Under the pieces are notes generated by a model, which made no database searches, had not been told where the DNA came from, and saw only the letters and a program-made list of their open reading frames with translations. A program made the position numbers and the translations under genes. Shown piece after piece: positions 1 to 11,037 of a DNA stretch of 64,000 nucleotides. This stretch comes from Psychrobacter sp. (GTDB lineage Bacteria > Pseudomonadota > Gammaproteobacteria > Pseudomonadales > Moraxellaceae). Position 1 is the stretch's first letter, and each line of letters opens with the position of its first letter. The stretch lies in assembly GCF_030454045.1 (NCBI RefSeq), contig NZ_JAKDJE010000004.1, positions 5,593 to 69,592 of the forward strand, written 5' to 3'.

Positions 1-76
1 AGATGTGATGCACGGGTACAAAATTGTATCATATAAAGCGCATAGGGTTTATGAGCGCAGGCTGGCTGTTGATAGT

Positions 77-112
77 TAGTTTGTAAGTTAGTTTGTAAGT
101 TACTTTGTAAGT
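77..112. repeat. 3 x 12-bp tandem repeat (tagtttgtaagt / tagtttgtaagt / tactttgtaagt) in non-coding DNA
   Basis: Read directly. Copies 1 and 2 are identical and copy 3 has one mismatch. Confidence 0.9.
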
Positions 113-235
113 AGCATTCATTGCATCATGCTTTGCCGATTTAATGTTGAAAATCATGCTCAAATCTGCATTATCACTGCGCGGTCGGCTTATTTTGTAA
201 GAGCAGTTGGTTAAAAATCAGTAGGAACAATGAAT

Positions 236-268
236 AGCAAAAAATAAGACCTAGCGCGATGCTAGGTC
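236..268 (-). terminator. rho-independent terminator downstream of purD
   Basis: Hairpin gacctagc-gcgat-gctaggtc. On the minus strand it is followed by ttattttttg. Confidence 0.7.
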
Positions 269-353
269 AAATAATAGTATGAGATATTAGTAGTACTGTC
301 TCAATCAGGCGTATCTAGTAAAAGACGTGCTTCATTTGATAAAGGGCTACTTA

Positions 354-1664
354 TTAGACGTTTTCACGCGCAATGGCATGATGACCGATGTCGCGGCGGT
401 ACTGAGCACCATCAAAACTAATAGCAGCTGTGATTGCTAGTGCTGCTTGCTGAGCATCAGAAATACTGTCTGCTAAAGCTGTCACACACAATACGCGTCC
501 GCCGTTAGTGACGATTTCGTTTTCATTATCAGTAGAGAACGCTGTACCCGCATGGAATACTTTAACGGTATTATCAGCATTATCTAGCTCTGGCAAGCCT
601 GCGATGACATCGCCCTTTGATGATGTTTCAGGGTAGCCTTTTGATGCAACCACAATACCAAGGGCAGGGCGCGTCTCCCATTTTGCTTCACTTGGTAATT
701 GACCTGCCAACCCCTGTGCAACCAAGTCCACCATTGATGATTGCAAGCGCATCAAGATAGGCTGCGTTTCTGGATCACCAAAGCGGCAATTGAATTCAAT
801 TACATAAGGATCGCCTGCTTTGTCAATCATCAGGCCTGCATACAAAAACCCAGTATAAGGGTGTCCTGCGTCTTTCATCGCATCGACGACTGGCTGAATG
901 ACTTGTGACATCACTTTGTCATGTACTGATTGAGTGACGACTGGCGCAGGTGAGTAAGCACCCATGCCGCCCGTGTTAGGGCCTGTATCCCCTTCAAAAG
1001 CACGCTTGTGATCTTGGCTGGTTGCCATTGGTAAGATGTTGTCACCATCAATCATGCAAATAAAGCTGGCCTCTTCACCTTCTAAGAACTGCTCGATGAC
1101 CACACGGCTACCAGCATCTCCGAATTTGTTGTCCGCGAGCATGTCATCGATTGCGTCATGCGCCTGCTCAATCGTCTCAGCGACAATCACGCCTTTACCA
1201 GCAGCAAGCCCATCGGCTTTGATAACGATCGGTGCGCCTTGCTCATCAACATAAGCTTTGGCAGCGGTAGCATCTGTAAATCCTTGATAAGATGCCGTTG
1301 GAATATTATTTTGTTCCATGAACTCTTTGGCAAAAGTTTTTGAGCCTTCTAACTGCGCACAGTAGGCAGTTGGGCCCCATGCTTTGATATCTGCATCACG
1401 GCACGCATCCACAATGCCAGTCACCAAAGGGGCTTCTGGCCCAACAATGACCATGTCGATATCGTTGTTTTGGCAAAAGGTAATGACAGCATCGTGCTCG
1501 CCATCATCAGTCGGTACTAAGACCACATTTTGGCATTTAGGTTCAAGGGCAGTACCCGCATTACCAGGAGCGACATAAACGTTTTTGACGTTGTCATCTT
1601 TTGCACACTGCCATGCCAGCGCGTGTTCACGACCACCTGAACCAATTACCAAAATATTCATCAT
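354..1664 (-). CDS. purD: phosphoribosylamine--glycine ligase
   Basis: N-terminus MNILVIGSGGREHALAW and an ATP-grasp core along the full length. The track ORF begins at a TTG (1682). The first ATGs are at 1664 and 1661, after aaaagg. Confidence 0.95.
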   Translation of the reverse strand: MMNILVIGSGGREHALAWQCAKDDNVKNVYVAPGNAGTALEPKCQNVVLVPTDDGEHDAVITFCQNNDIDMVIVGPEAPLVTGIVDACRDADIKAWGPTAYCAQLEGSKTFAKEFMEQNNIPTASYQGFTDATAAKAYVDEQGAPIVIKADGLAAGKGVIVAETIEQAHDAIDDMLADNKFGDAGSRVVIEQFLEGEEASFICMIDGDNILPMATSQDHKRAFEGDTGPNTGGMGAYSPAPVVTQSVHDKVMSQVIQPVVDAMKDAGHPYTGFLYAGLMIDKAGDPYVIEFNCRFGDPETQPILMRLQSSMVDLVAQGLAGQLPSEAKWETRPALGIVVASKGYPETSSKGDVIAGLPELDNADNTVKVFHAGTAFSTDNENEIVTNGGRVLCVTALADSISDAQQAALAITAAISFDGAQYRRDIGHHAIARENV

Positions 1665-2115
1665 ACCTTTTGCCCTTAGCAATAACGTTAATAATGAGCG
1701 AGTCGCTCGCTCTTAGATATATCGGCATATTCTAACAAAAAAATAGGGCTGATTACTATGAGTATCCACTTGCCAGCGCCTAAACTTGAATATTAGGGCA
1801 TTCAGCATCATTGTCTTATTAGCAAAGGTTATCGACATATCGCTGATTCATGAAATGATGTTGTATGCTTTAGCTCGCAGCGCATGTGCGTTAAACTTCA
1901 CTATATTGATAGTATTAAATCCTGATAGCCACATATTCATAAAAATAAGAAAAAAAGGAGACAATCTTTAGACGTTATAAAAAAAGAATAAGTTGCATGA
2001 TTGGATATACTGTCACAGCATCACACGCTAACAAGTGCTATATGCAAGGACAGTAATTAATATTGATAAACACAAATAAATAGACAAACCAAACCTATAA
2101 AAAGGACGACGGACA

Positions 2116-5100
2116 ATGCCAAACTCCCTCAGTATCGCAAAAGAGCGCATTAGCCAAATAAGCGATATTGCTACCAGCTATGTACAAAAAGACAAATCGC
2201 TATTTGATCATTTTATTCATAGCTATTATCAACCGCTGCACAAAGAAACGGCAGCGGAGATTAGCAATGCTGACTTGGCAGGCATGGCGCTACACCATTT
2301 TACGCTACTACAAGCCTATGACTGCAGCAAACCGCAACTGGCTGTATTGAATCCATTAGCAGAAGAACAGCATTTTCATAGCTCGCACACCGTCATTCAG
2401 ATTGTGGCTTATGACAGACCATTTTTAGTCGATACGATTTTGATGAGTCTTGAAGCGGAAGGTATCGATGTGCACCGCACTTACAATATTATCGTTAGTG
2501 TCAAACGCGATGATGATGGTCATATTACTTATGTTGAAGGCGCTCATGAAAGTGCGACCTCACATTTGTCTTTGATCCATTGTGAAATTGCGTATCAAGA
2601 TGATGAAAACTTGGAAGCATTACAACAAATGCTCATGTCTAAAATTGATACCTTAGACACTGTTGTTGGTGATTGGAAGCAAATGCGCACGCAGCTAAAT
2701 GAGATCAAAGCTGAATTGTCTAAAAAACCATTGCCAGAAGTGTTTTATTCACAGCAAGAGATTCAAGCATTTTTAGATTGGATCTTAGATGACCACTTTA
2801 TCTTCTTGGGCTACCGTGAGTATCGCTTAGAAGGCGGTCATGAGATAGACGTCAGCGACCCCACCAACTTAGATTTATTTGCAATCGGTAATAGCGGTCT
2901 TGGTCTGTTGCGCGGTTCTGAAGAAGACAAGCTGTCAGAGAGCTTCAATCAACTGCCTAAAGGATTAAAGCAGCTACTGACCGAGCCACGTGTGTTGATG
3001 CTATCCAAATCCAGCCGTGTATCGCCGATACATCGTTCAGTATATATGGACTTTTTGGGTATTCATAAGTTTGATGATAATGGCAAATTGGTTGGTGAAT
3101 ATCGTTTCATCGGTCTATTAACATCGCAAGCCTATCAGCTGACCGTACAGCAAATACCGCTATTACGCGAAAAAGCCAACCAGATTATGGCCATGGCAGA
3201 TTTACCACGCGATGGCCATGCGCATCATAAAATGATGCATGTGATCAACACCTTGCCGCGTGATGACTTATTCCAAGCCAGCGTCGAAGAGCTGTATCCT
3301 ATTGTTTCAGGTATCAGTCAGCTACAGGATAAAAAGAGCTTACGCCTATTTAGTCGTATCGATCATTATCAGCGTTTTGTGTCGTGCTTGGTTTATATTC
3401 CGCGTGATAAGTTCAACACTGAGCTACGCATCAAAGTACAAAATGTCTTAAAAGACGCCTACAACGGTCTGTCTTCAGGATTTACGACTGAGTTCAATGA
3501 ATCGGCTCATGCCCGCGTACACGTTCATGTTCGTACAATCCCAGGTCAGGTAAATGACGTCAATATCGCAACATTAGAAGCCAAATTGTCTGCACTCATG
3601 CAATCATGGGATGACAATTATCAAAAAATGCTACTCGATAATGTGGGCGAACAACAAGCCAACGCTTTGACTCGTCGCTTTTTAGATTACATTCCTGCAG
3701 CTTACCAAGAGCGTTTTGATGCGCGTACCGCTGTCGAAGATACGAAGCGTCTGGCGGGACTGACCGCAGAGAATCCGATGCTTTGGCACTTGTACCGCTC
3801 AACTGGCGATGCAAACAATCAATTGCATCTAAAGCTATATGGCCGTGAACAACCCGTTATTTTGTCCAAAGTATTGCCGATACTTGAAAATTTTGGTGTA
3901 TCGGTTATCTCAGCACAAACTTATGAGTTTGATTTGCCAGAGCAGCCAATTTGGATGCAAGAGTACGAGCTGACGCTAGAGCATGTCGATACGGTCAATA
4001 TGCAAGTCGTACGTGGTCAGTTTGAAGACAGCCTCAAGCAGATCTGGGCTGGACGTGTTGAAAGCGATTCATTCAATGAGCTTGTCTTAACCACCAAACT
4101 TGATACTTATGATGTGGTCGTATTGCGTGCTTTGTCTCGCTATATGTTGCAAGCCCGCGCGCCATTCTCCAGTGCTTATATTCAGCAAACTGTCGTTAAA
4201 AACAGTGATATCAGTGTGGCATTGGGCAGCTTGTTTGATGCGCGCATGAACCCTGAATATAGTGATGAGACGCGCCAAGAAAAAACGACCAAATTCCAAG
4301 AGCAGATCACAGCCGCACTAGCAGATGTGGATAGCCTAGATGAAGATCGTATCCTGCGCTGGTACTTGGATCTGATTAATGCCATGGTTCGTACCAACTT
4401 CTATCAAACGGATGATGAAGGTGAGCGCAAAGATCGTTTGTCGTTTAAGTTCTTGGCAGCAGACATTCCAAATCTGCCCAAGCCAAAGCCCATGTTCGAG
4501 ATATTTGTCTATTCACCGCGCGTTGAAGCGGTGCATTTACGCGGCGGAAAGGTCGCTCGTGGTGGTTTGCGCTGGTCAGATCGTATGGAAGATTTCCGTA
4601 CAGAAGTGCTTGGCCTCGTCAAAGCACAGATGGTCAAAAATGCCGTCATCGTCCCTGTCGGCTCTAAGGGCGGCTTCATTGTCAAAACCAAAAGCATGGC
4701 TGATGGTCGTGAGGCGTTCCAAGCAGAAGGCATTGCCTGCTATCAAACGTTCTTACGCGGTATGCTTGACGTCACAGACAACATTGTAGATGGCAACATC
4801 GTCCCGCCAGCCAACACTGTACGCCATGATGAAGATGATCCGTACTTAGTGGTTGCCGCAGATAAAGGCACAGCGACGTTCTCTGATATCGCCAATGCGC
4901 TCGCCGCAGAATACAACTTTTGGCTAGATGATGCCTTTGCCTCAGGTGGTTCGGTCGGTTATGACCACAAAGCGATGGGTATCACCGCACGCGGCGGCTG
5001 GGAGTCGGTCAAACGTCACTTCCGTATGCGCGGCATGGATATCCAAAACCGTGATGACTTTACCGTGGTCGGTATTGGTGATATGAGTGGTGATGTGTTC

Positions 5101-6960
5101 GGTAACGGTATGCTGCTCTCAACGCATACCAAACTGGTTGCTGCCTTTAATCATCTACACATCTTTATTGATCCTAACCCAAATACGGCCAGCTCGTACG
5201 CTGAGCGCGCACGCTTGTTTGAGCTACCGCGCTCATCATGGGCAGATTATAACGACTCCTTAATCAGTCAAGGTGGCGGTATATTCTCACGCCAAGACAA
5301 AACCATCGCTATCAGTCCAGAGATGAAGTCGCTTTTTGAAATCAGCGAGGACACACTTGCTCCTAATGATCTGATTAGTGCGTTATTACGTGCGCCTGTC
5401 GATCTGATTTGGAATGGTGGTATCGGTACTTATGTCAAAAGTGCGAATGAGACGCATGCCGATGTCGGCGACCGTGCCAATGATTCGCTGCGTATCAATG
5501 GTAATGAGCTGCGCGCAGCTATCGTGGGTGAGGGTGGTAACTTAGGTCTAACCCAGCAAGGTCGTATCGAATACGCTCAAACGGGCGGACGCATATATAC
5601 AGATGCCATCGATAATTCAGGCGGTGTAAACTGCTCGGATCACGAAGTCAATATCAAAATCTTACTTGGCAAAGTGGTCGAGCAAGGCGATATGACGCTG
5701 AAGCAGCGTAATGAATTGCTTGAGAGTATGACCGATACGGTAGCAGAATTGGTACTACGTCAGAACTACTTGCAACCACAAGCCATTGAGCTGAGTCATA
5801 TTCGCGCCGCAGCCAATCTAAGCGATCATCAGCGCTTTATCCAAATGTTAGAGAGTGAAGGGCGTCTGGATCGTGCGATTGAGTACCTACCTTCAGATGA
5901 AGAGATTGCTAAGCGTCAAAAAGCAGATACTGGCTTGACCAATCCTGAGCTGGCTGTGGTCTTGGCCTATGGCAAAATGTGGGTCTATGACAATCTGCTG
6001 GCCTCTGATTTGCCAGACGATGCCTACTTCATCAATGAGCTACGCAAATATTTCCCAGATGAGCTTGCGTCACGCTTTTTTGACGAGATGACTGAGCACC
6101 GCTTGCATCGTGAGATTATCAGTACATACTTGACCAACAGTGTGGTCAACCGCTTAGGTATTGAAGCGTTATTCCGTCTCTTTGAAGAAACCGATCAATC
6201 ACTGGCAACGATCGTGCGCGGTTATGTGATCAGCCGTGATGTGTTCAATGTATCGCGCGCCTGGAAAGCGCTTGAAGCGCTAGACAATCAGGTTGAAGCA
6301 ACCCTACTGCTGAATCTTGAGCTGCGTCTACGTGATGCGCTTGAGCGCGGTGTGGTCTGGTTTATCAATGCCTTTGGTCAAAACTTACAAGTGGCAGATA
6401 TGATTGGCCGCTTTAGTGACAGTGTTGAAAAGCTCACCAAGCCAAGTGGTTTCATCGAGCAGCAATTTGCTCAATACTTGCAAGAAGACACAAAGCGCTT
6501 GATGCAAAAAGACTTAACTGAGAACGATGCAAGCTTATTTGCGATGCTACCGTACTATGTCGATGCGCTTGATGCTGCATTGCTGGCAGAGCAATATGAG
6601 CGTCCTGTTGATGAGATTGCAACGCTATACTTTGAGGCTTATCAAGTGTTGCAGTTAGATTGGATGATGGACAATATTGCAACTTTACCGCAGCAAGATT
6701 ATTGGGATCGCCGTGCACGCCATGCGCTAGTCAATGAGCTATCACGTAGTTTGCGTCTATTGATGGATGCTATCTTATCCAAACCAGATGCCAAGCAAGC
6801 CTTTAGTGAATGGAGAGCAAGACACGTTGATCAGCTTGCAACCGTGACAGCAGAGATGAACAATTTAGATGAGCTGCATAGCAACGATGAAGAAGGTCAA
6901 ATCAGTCTCTCAACGTTGTCAGTACTAATGAGTGAGCTGAGTGGTCTTGTAACTAAATAA
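2116..6960 (+). CDS. gdhB: NAD-specific glutamate dehydrogenase, large (about 180 kDa) bacterial type
   Basis: Uninterrupted 1614-aa ORF. Size and sequence are typical of the Bac_GDH family. RBS aaggac lies upstream of the ATG. Confidence 0.9.
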   Translation: MPNSLSIAKERISQISDIATSYVQKDKSLFDHFIHSYYQPLHKETAAEISNADLAGMALHHFTLLQAYDCSKPQLAVLNPLAEEQHFHSSHTVIQIVAYDRPFLVDTILMSLEAEGIDVHRTYNIIVSVKRDDDGHITYVEGAHESATSHLSLIHCEIAYQDDENLEALQQMLMSKIDTLDTVVGDWKQMRTQLNEIKAELSKKPLPEVFYSQQEIQAFLDWILDDHFIFLGYREYRLEGGHEIDVSDPTNLDLFAIGNSGLGLLRGSEEDKLSESFNQLPKGLKQLLTEPRVLMLSKSSRVSPIHRSVYMDFLGIHKFDDNGKLVGEYRFIGLLTSQAYQLTVQQIPLLREKANQIMAMADLPRDGHAHHKMMHVINTLPRDDLFQASVEELYPIVSGISQLQDKKSLRLFSRIDHYQRFVSCLVYIPRDKFNTELRIKVQNVLKDAYNGLSSGFTTEFNESAHARVHVHVRTIPGQVNDVNIATLEAKLSALMQSWDDNYQKMLLDNVGEQQANALTRRFLDYIPAAYQERFDARTAVEDTKRLAGLTAENPMLWHLYRSTGDANNQLHLKLYGREQPVILSKVLPILENFGVSVISAQTYEFDLPEQPIWMQEYELTLEHVDTVNMQVVRGQFEDSLKQIWAGRVESDSFNELVLTTKLDTYDVVVLRALSRYMLQARAPFSSAYIQQTVVKNSDISVALGSLFDARMNPEYSDETRQEKTTKFQEQITAALADVDSLDEDRILRWYLDLINAMVRTNFYQTDDEGERKDRLSFKFLAADIPNLPKPKPMFEIFVYSPRVEAVHLRGGKVARGGLRWSDRMEDFRTEVLGLVKAQMVKNAVIVPVGSKGGFIVKTKSMADGREAFQAEGIACYQTFLRGMLDVTDNIVDGNIVPPANTVRHDEDDPYLVVAADKGTATFSDIANALAAEYNFWLDDAFASGGSVGYDHKAMGITARGGWESVKRHFRMRGMDIQNRDDFTVVGIGDMSGDVFGNGMLLSTHTKLVAAFNHLHIFIDPNPNTASSYAERARLFELPRSSWADYNDSLISQGGGIFSRQDKTIAISPEMKSLFEISEDTLAPNDLISALLRAPVDLIWNGGIGTYVKSANETHADVGDRANDSLRINGNELRAAIVGEGGNLGLTQQGRIEYAQTGGRIYTDAIDNSGGVNCSDHEVNIKILLGKVVEQGDMTLKQRNELLESMTDTVAELVLRQNYLQPQAIELSHIRAAANLSDHQRFIQMLESEGRLDRAIEYLPSDEEIAKRQKADTGLTNPELAVVLAYGKMWVYDNLLASDLPDDAYFINELRKYFPDELASRFFDEMTEHRLHREIISTYLTNSVVNRLGIEALFRLFEETDQSLATIVRGYVISRDVFNVSRAWKALEALDNQVEATLLLNLELRLRDALERGVVWFINAFGQNLQVADMIGRFSDSVEKLTKPSGFIEQQFAQYLQEDTKRLMQKDLTENDASLFAMLPYYVDALDAALLAEQYERPVDEIATLYFEAYQVLQLDWMMDNIATLPQQDYWDRRARHALVNELSRSLRLLMDAILSKPDAKQAFSEWRARHVDQLATVTAEMNNLDELHSNDEEGQISLSTLSVLMSELSGLVTK

Positions 6961-7000
6961 TCACGACTCGATTATCTCGCTAGTAAAAAGTTGATTTAAT

Positions 7001-7035
7001 AAAAAACCACCGATCTTTATGTTCGGTGGTTTTTT
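7001..7035. terminator. bidirectional rho-independent terminator between gdhB and sbcC
   Basis: Perfect arms aaaaaaccaccga / tcggtggtttttt with a 9-nt loop. A-run and T-run flank it. Confidence 0.85.
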
Positions 7036-7078
7036 ACTATTGCCCTATAAAGTGTGGGTCATAACAAACATTTTGGCT

Positions 7079-10000
7079 TTAGCTCGCAATTCTTTGGCAA
7101 CCTTGCCCCGTTATCTGACTGAATCCACCTGATAGCTTCTCCACCTTGATTTGGGTCAAAATACGATCTTTTAGGGCTTGTACATGAGAGATCACCCCAA
7201 TCAGTTTGCCTTCTTGTTGCAAGTTGGTCAGCGTATCTAGCGCGATATCTAAAGAATCCTCATCCAAAGTGCCAAACCCCTCATCCAAAAATAGCGAGTC
7301 CACGCGGATATTTTGGCTCGCCATTTGTGACAAGCCTAATGCGAGCGCCAGACTGATGATAAAGCCTTCACCGCCTGAGAGATTTTTGGTACTACGAATC
7401 TCGCCACCTTGATAATTGTCAATGACGTTCAGCTCAAGTGGACTGTCATCATCACGTACCAGTAAATAGCGATCACTCATTTTTTGCAGTTGCGTATTGG
7501 CATGACCAATCATGATGTCAAAGGTCAAGCCTTGCGCAAAGGTGCGGTACTTTTTGCCACTGCTTGAGCCAATTAAATCATTTAGCTGTCGCCATACTTG
7601 TAGTTTGTTTTTTTGAGTATTGATGGCATCAATCTGTGCTTGCTGGGTGTTTTTCTTCTCTTCATTGTCTCGTAGCTGTTGACTGATGGCACCAATCGTC
7701 TCAATACGTGTATTAAAGTCTTCTTGAGCTTGCTGTTGCTGCTGGGCAAGTGTCTCTCTGTCCTCTGTTGTTAGTGGTGCTGACTGCAAGTTGTTAAGCT
7801 CTCTCTCAACGCTCGCAACCGCCGATTGTGCCTGCTGTAGAGCATTATCAATACGACTCTGTATTGCTTTTAGACGACTGCGCTCATCAAATGGCAGGCG
7901 CGCCGCCAAAAATGCCACCTCATCAGCAAAATTAGAACCCGCCAGCGCGTTTTGAAAGGTATTCTGTTGTATTTCTAAAGTCTGCGCAGCCTCTTTGATA
8001 CGCTCGGCTAAGGTCTCTTGCTGTTTTATGAGCTGCTGCAAATTATAGGTCTCGTTATCCAGCTGTCTTTGAGCCGTAGCATGATCGGTTTTTGCTTGTT
8101 CTAAAGTGTCTCTAAGCGCATGCTCAGCGGCATCGAGGTCGGACGCGGAAAAGAGTTGAGCACGTTTGCTTTGTAGCTGAGTTAAGGCGTCTTTTTGCTT
8201 ATCCAGCGTTTGTATCATTTGCTTCAGGGCATCAGTGTCTTTGTTCAGCTGTGATTCTTTGCTCTCAATATAGGCTTGTATGCGCTCAAGGTCAGTCTGT
8301 AGTGCTTGCTGTTGGTTTTTATCTTCAGTAAAGGTATCCTTTAGTTGTAACAGTGCGCGGCGCTGCTCACGTAGCGCTTCAAGATGATGGTCGTACTCTT
8401 CATTGCTCAGCACGGATTGCTGCTCAATGCTGTCCGCGAGCGGCTGTAAGCTATCGGGCGCACGCTGTAGGGTGCTAAGCACCTCTGTCGGATAATTGCT
8501 GGCGGCATACGTGGCGATACATTGTAAAATGGTAGTGATGAGTGTTTGTAGCTCGACAAAATTTGCGGCAAGCTGTCCATGAATCGAGCTTATCGTATTT
8601 TCACTGATGGTAATCTTAGATTTTTGCTCAGAGATGTCATTTGTCAGCGTTTGCTGATCTTGTGCTGCGGCCTCTAATGTCTCACGCACACGGGCTAACT
8701 CTTCGGCGTAGCTGTCATAGCGTTTTAAAGTATCTGTGATGTCTGCTTTATACTGATTTAACTTATCTATACTGCCAGTAAGCCCTGACTCGAGGTCATT
8801 ATCACTGCCCAGCGCCAATAACGGTTGTAGCACGGTGATAATCGTGCTGTCGGCAGTGTCTTTACTCTCCATCTGCTGGCTGACAACATGCAGCAGTTCC
8901 GTGATGGCGGTATCATGCTGCTGTATTTGCGTCGTGCGTTCGGCTTGCTGACTGTTTTCATTCTCAAGTGTACTTCGTTTGCTTGCCTGCTCAATCTGCT
9001 GGGCCGTAATGTTGTCATTCAGCTCGGCAATGACTTCATCCAACGTGCGAATAGACTCCGCCAGCTCCGCACTGTCGCTATCGGGCACAAGGTGTGGGTG
9101 CTGCTCGCTATATGGATGCTCCAGCGCACCGCACAGCGGGCAGGGGTGACCGTCTTGCAGATTAGCAATATGACTCTCTAGCGCGGCGACTTTTTGTTGT
9201 AGTTGCAGCTGGTTTGCTTTGTCTTGGCGTTTTTCTTGCGTATCTTTCAGCGTGGTTTTTTTGCTGACCAAAATATCATCATAGCCACTAATCTCACTAT
9301 CCAACTGCTCGATGCGACGTGCAATCTGCGTGATTTGCATGTTCAAGACACGGCGTTGTTGATTGTGAAATCCTAGCTTTTCAAGCTGCTGACTGGTGCT
9401 GTCTATCTGTGTTTGCACCGCACGCATCTGCGTGATCGACTGAGTTTTCATAAGATCACTTTGAGCGGTTTGCAGTGCGGTTAATCGTTCTTGAGCTGCT
9501 TTATTTTTATCATCATGTGCTTGTTGGCGCTGTTGTTGTGCTGCCAATGCGGTTTTGTCTTCTTCTAGCTCACGTGTTTGGCGTATCTTGTCTTGCGAAA
9601 GCGCTGCATTTTGCTGTATTAAATCTTTTAGACGGCGGCAATCGCTGTCAAAGTTAGCAATGTCGCCATCTAATTGCGCCAACTGCGTGGTACTCGCTAG
9701 CTGCTTAGTGAGCTTATCTAAATGGGCTTGCTTGCTGCTGCGGTATTGCAGTTTTTCGTCTAATGCAGTCTTTGCATCAGTAATTTCTGTCGTCAGGGTG
9801 TCATGGTGACGTTGCGTCTCACGCAAGGTATGGTCTTGCTGGGCAATATTAATATCTAAGTCTCGGGCTTTTTTAATAGTGGGTAGCGCGGTTTGTAAGG
9901 CATCATCGGCGATGTGTACGTTAGCAATGGCCTTGTCAAGATACCCCCTGGCTTGTTCCAATGCAGCCTTTTGGTTTGGCAAGAGGTCATTTAGCTGCTT

Positions 10001-10957
10001 TGCGTCAGTTTGCATCTGCTGGTGCTGCGTACGCGCATTCGTCAGTTTGATAAACTGACTGTCAACCTCCAATGCCTGACTGGCCGCCGTCAGACGCTTG
10101 GCATCGGGGGTAAAGTCTTGCTCAGCTTTTTGAGCTTGCTCAAGATCCTGTTGATAAACACGCATTTTTTCTTTGGATGCTGTGACACTATCAAACCATT
10201 GTATTTTTTTGGCCAAATCTTCAATGCTTTGTTGCTGCGTGCGGTGACTGTCTTGATGAGATTGCAGCGCGCGCTTTAACTGATTTTCTTCATCGGCATC
10301 TAACAGCGCTAAGCCGTCTAGGCCGTATTGCAATTGACTGAGTATCGCCTCTTCACTGCGTTTTTTGTCAAACACCTGCGCTGAGATGATCGCGTAAATA
10401 TCCGTACCCGTGATTTTTTCTAAAATATCAGCGCGCTCGTCAGCTTTGGCTTTTAAAAAGGCCGAAAAACTGCCCTGAGCCAGTAGTATTGAGCGGGTAA
10501 ACTGCTGAAAATCCATCCTTGTCAGTTCAATAATTTTATTTTTAGTATGTTTTAGCGTGCTCTCTAGCAGCTCATCCTCTTTTGATGGAGCAGTGTGGTT
10601 TACCTTTGCAATCTCATGTGTCGCATCTTGTAGATTGCCAGTCGCTTTGTTATAGGCGCGGCGTTGGCCCCAGCGGCAGCGATAGTGTGTACCGTCTAAA
10701 TCAATCACCACTTCAGCGAAACATTCTGCCGTTTGCCGCGTCATCACCTCATTGTTGCTTTTGCTGATACTGTTAATCCTTGGCGTTTCACCATAGAGTG
10801 CCAAGCAGATGGCATCCAAAATCGTGGTCTTGCCAGCGCCAGTCTGTCCTGTGATGGCAAAGATACCCTCGTCGGTAAAGGCGCTATCAGCAAAGTTAAT
10901 ATGCCACTCGCCTTTAAGGGAGTTGAGGTTTTTGAGTCGAAGTTCAATTAGGCGCAT
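7079..10957 (-). CDS. sbcC: exonuclease SbcCD, ATPase subunit SbcC (1292 aa, long coiled coil)
   Basis: Walker A GQTGAGKTTILDAICLALYG. Zinc hook CPLCGALEHP in mid coiled coil. C-terminal LSGGEGFIISLALALGL and LFLDEGFGTLD. Lies directly downstream of sbcD. Confidence 0.93.
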   Translation of the reverse strand: MRLIELRLKNLNSLKGEWHINFADSAFTDEGIFAITGQTGAGKTTILDAICLALYGETPRINSISKSNNEVMTRQTAECFAEVVIDLDGTHYRCRWGQRRAYNKATGNLQDATHEIAKVNHTAPSKEDELLESTLKHTKNKIIELTRMDFQQFTRSILLAQGSFSAFLKAKADERADILEKITGTDIYAIISAQVFDKKRSEEAILSQLQYGLDGLALLDADEENQLKRALQSHQDSHRTQQQSIEDLAKKIQWFDSVTASKEKMRVYQQDLEQAQKAEQDFTPDAKRLTAASQALEVDSQFIKLTNARTQHQQMQTDAKQLNDLLPNQKAALEQARGYLDKAIANVHIADDALQTALPTIKKARDLDINIAQQDHTLRETQRHHDTLTTEITDAKTALDEKLQYRSSKQAHLDKLTKQLASTTQLAQLDGDIANFDSDCRRLKDLIQQNAALSQDKIRQTRELEEDKTALAAQQQRQQAHDDKNKAAQERLTALQTAQSDLMKTQSITQMRAVQTQIDSTSQQLEKLGFHNQQRRVLNMQITQIARRIEQLDSEISGYDDILVSKKTTLKDTQEKRQDKANQLQLQQKVAALESHIANLQDGHPCPLCGALEHPYSEQHPHLVPDSDSAELAESIRTLDEVIAELNDNITAQQIEQASKRSTLENENSQQAERTTQIQQHDTAITELLHVVSQQMESKDTADSTIITVLQPLLALGSDNDLESGLTGSIDKLNQYKADITDTLKRYDSYAEELARVRETLEAAAQDQQTLTNDISEQKSKITISENTISSIHGQLAANFVELQTLITTILQCIATYAASNYPTEVLSTLQRAPDSLQPLADSIEQQSVLSNEEYDHHLEALREQRRALLQLKDTFTEDKNQQQALQTDLERIQAYIESKESQLNKDTDALKQMIQTLDKQKDALTQLQSKRAQLFSASDLDAAEHALRDTLEQAKTDHATAQRQLDNETYNLQQLIKQQETLAERIKEAAQTLEIQQNTFQNALAGSNFADEVAFLAARLPFDERSRLKAIQSRIDNALQQAQSAVASVERELNNLQSAPLTTEDRETLAQQQQQAQEDFNTRIETIGAISQQLRDNEEKKNTQQAQIDAINTQKNKLQVWRQLNDLIGSSSGKKYRTFAQGLTFDIMIGHANTQLQKMSDRYLLVRDDDSPLELNVIDNYQGGEIRSTKNLSGGEGFIISLALALGLSQMASQNIRVDSLFLDEGFGTLDEDSLDIALDTLTNLQQEGKLIGVISHVQALKDRILTQIKVEKLSGGFSQITGQGCQRIAS

Positions 10958-11037
10958 GAGTCAGTCTTATGATTAGTGGTCGCAGCAAAGGTAAAAATGG
11001 AACAAAAAGGGCATGGGAAATGTGAGGACTAACGGCA

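Noticed and set aside
1679-1694. PurR-box-like sequence gcaataacgttaataa just upstream of purD
   Set aside because: Only the central AACGTT core matches the 16-bp PurR operator, and the flanks do not. I am also not sure this lineage has PurR, so the evidence is too weak to call.
1786-1971. 61-aa ORF in the purD-gdhB intergenic region, and the strong aaggag at about 1953
   Set aside because: The ORF starts with a non-ATG codon in AT-rich DNA and has no motif. The aaggag is not followed by any start codon within range.
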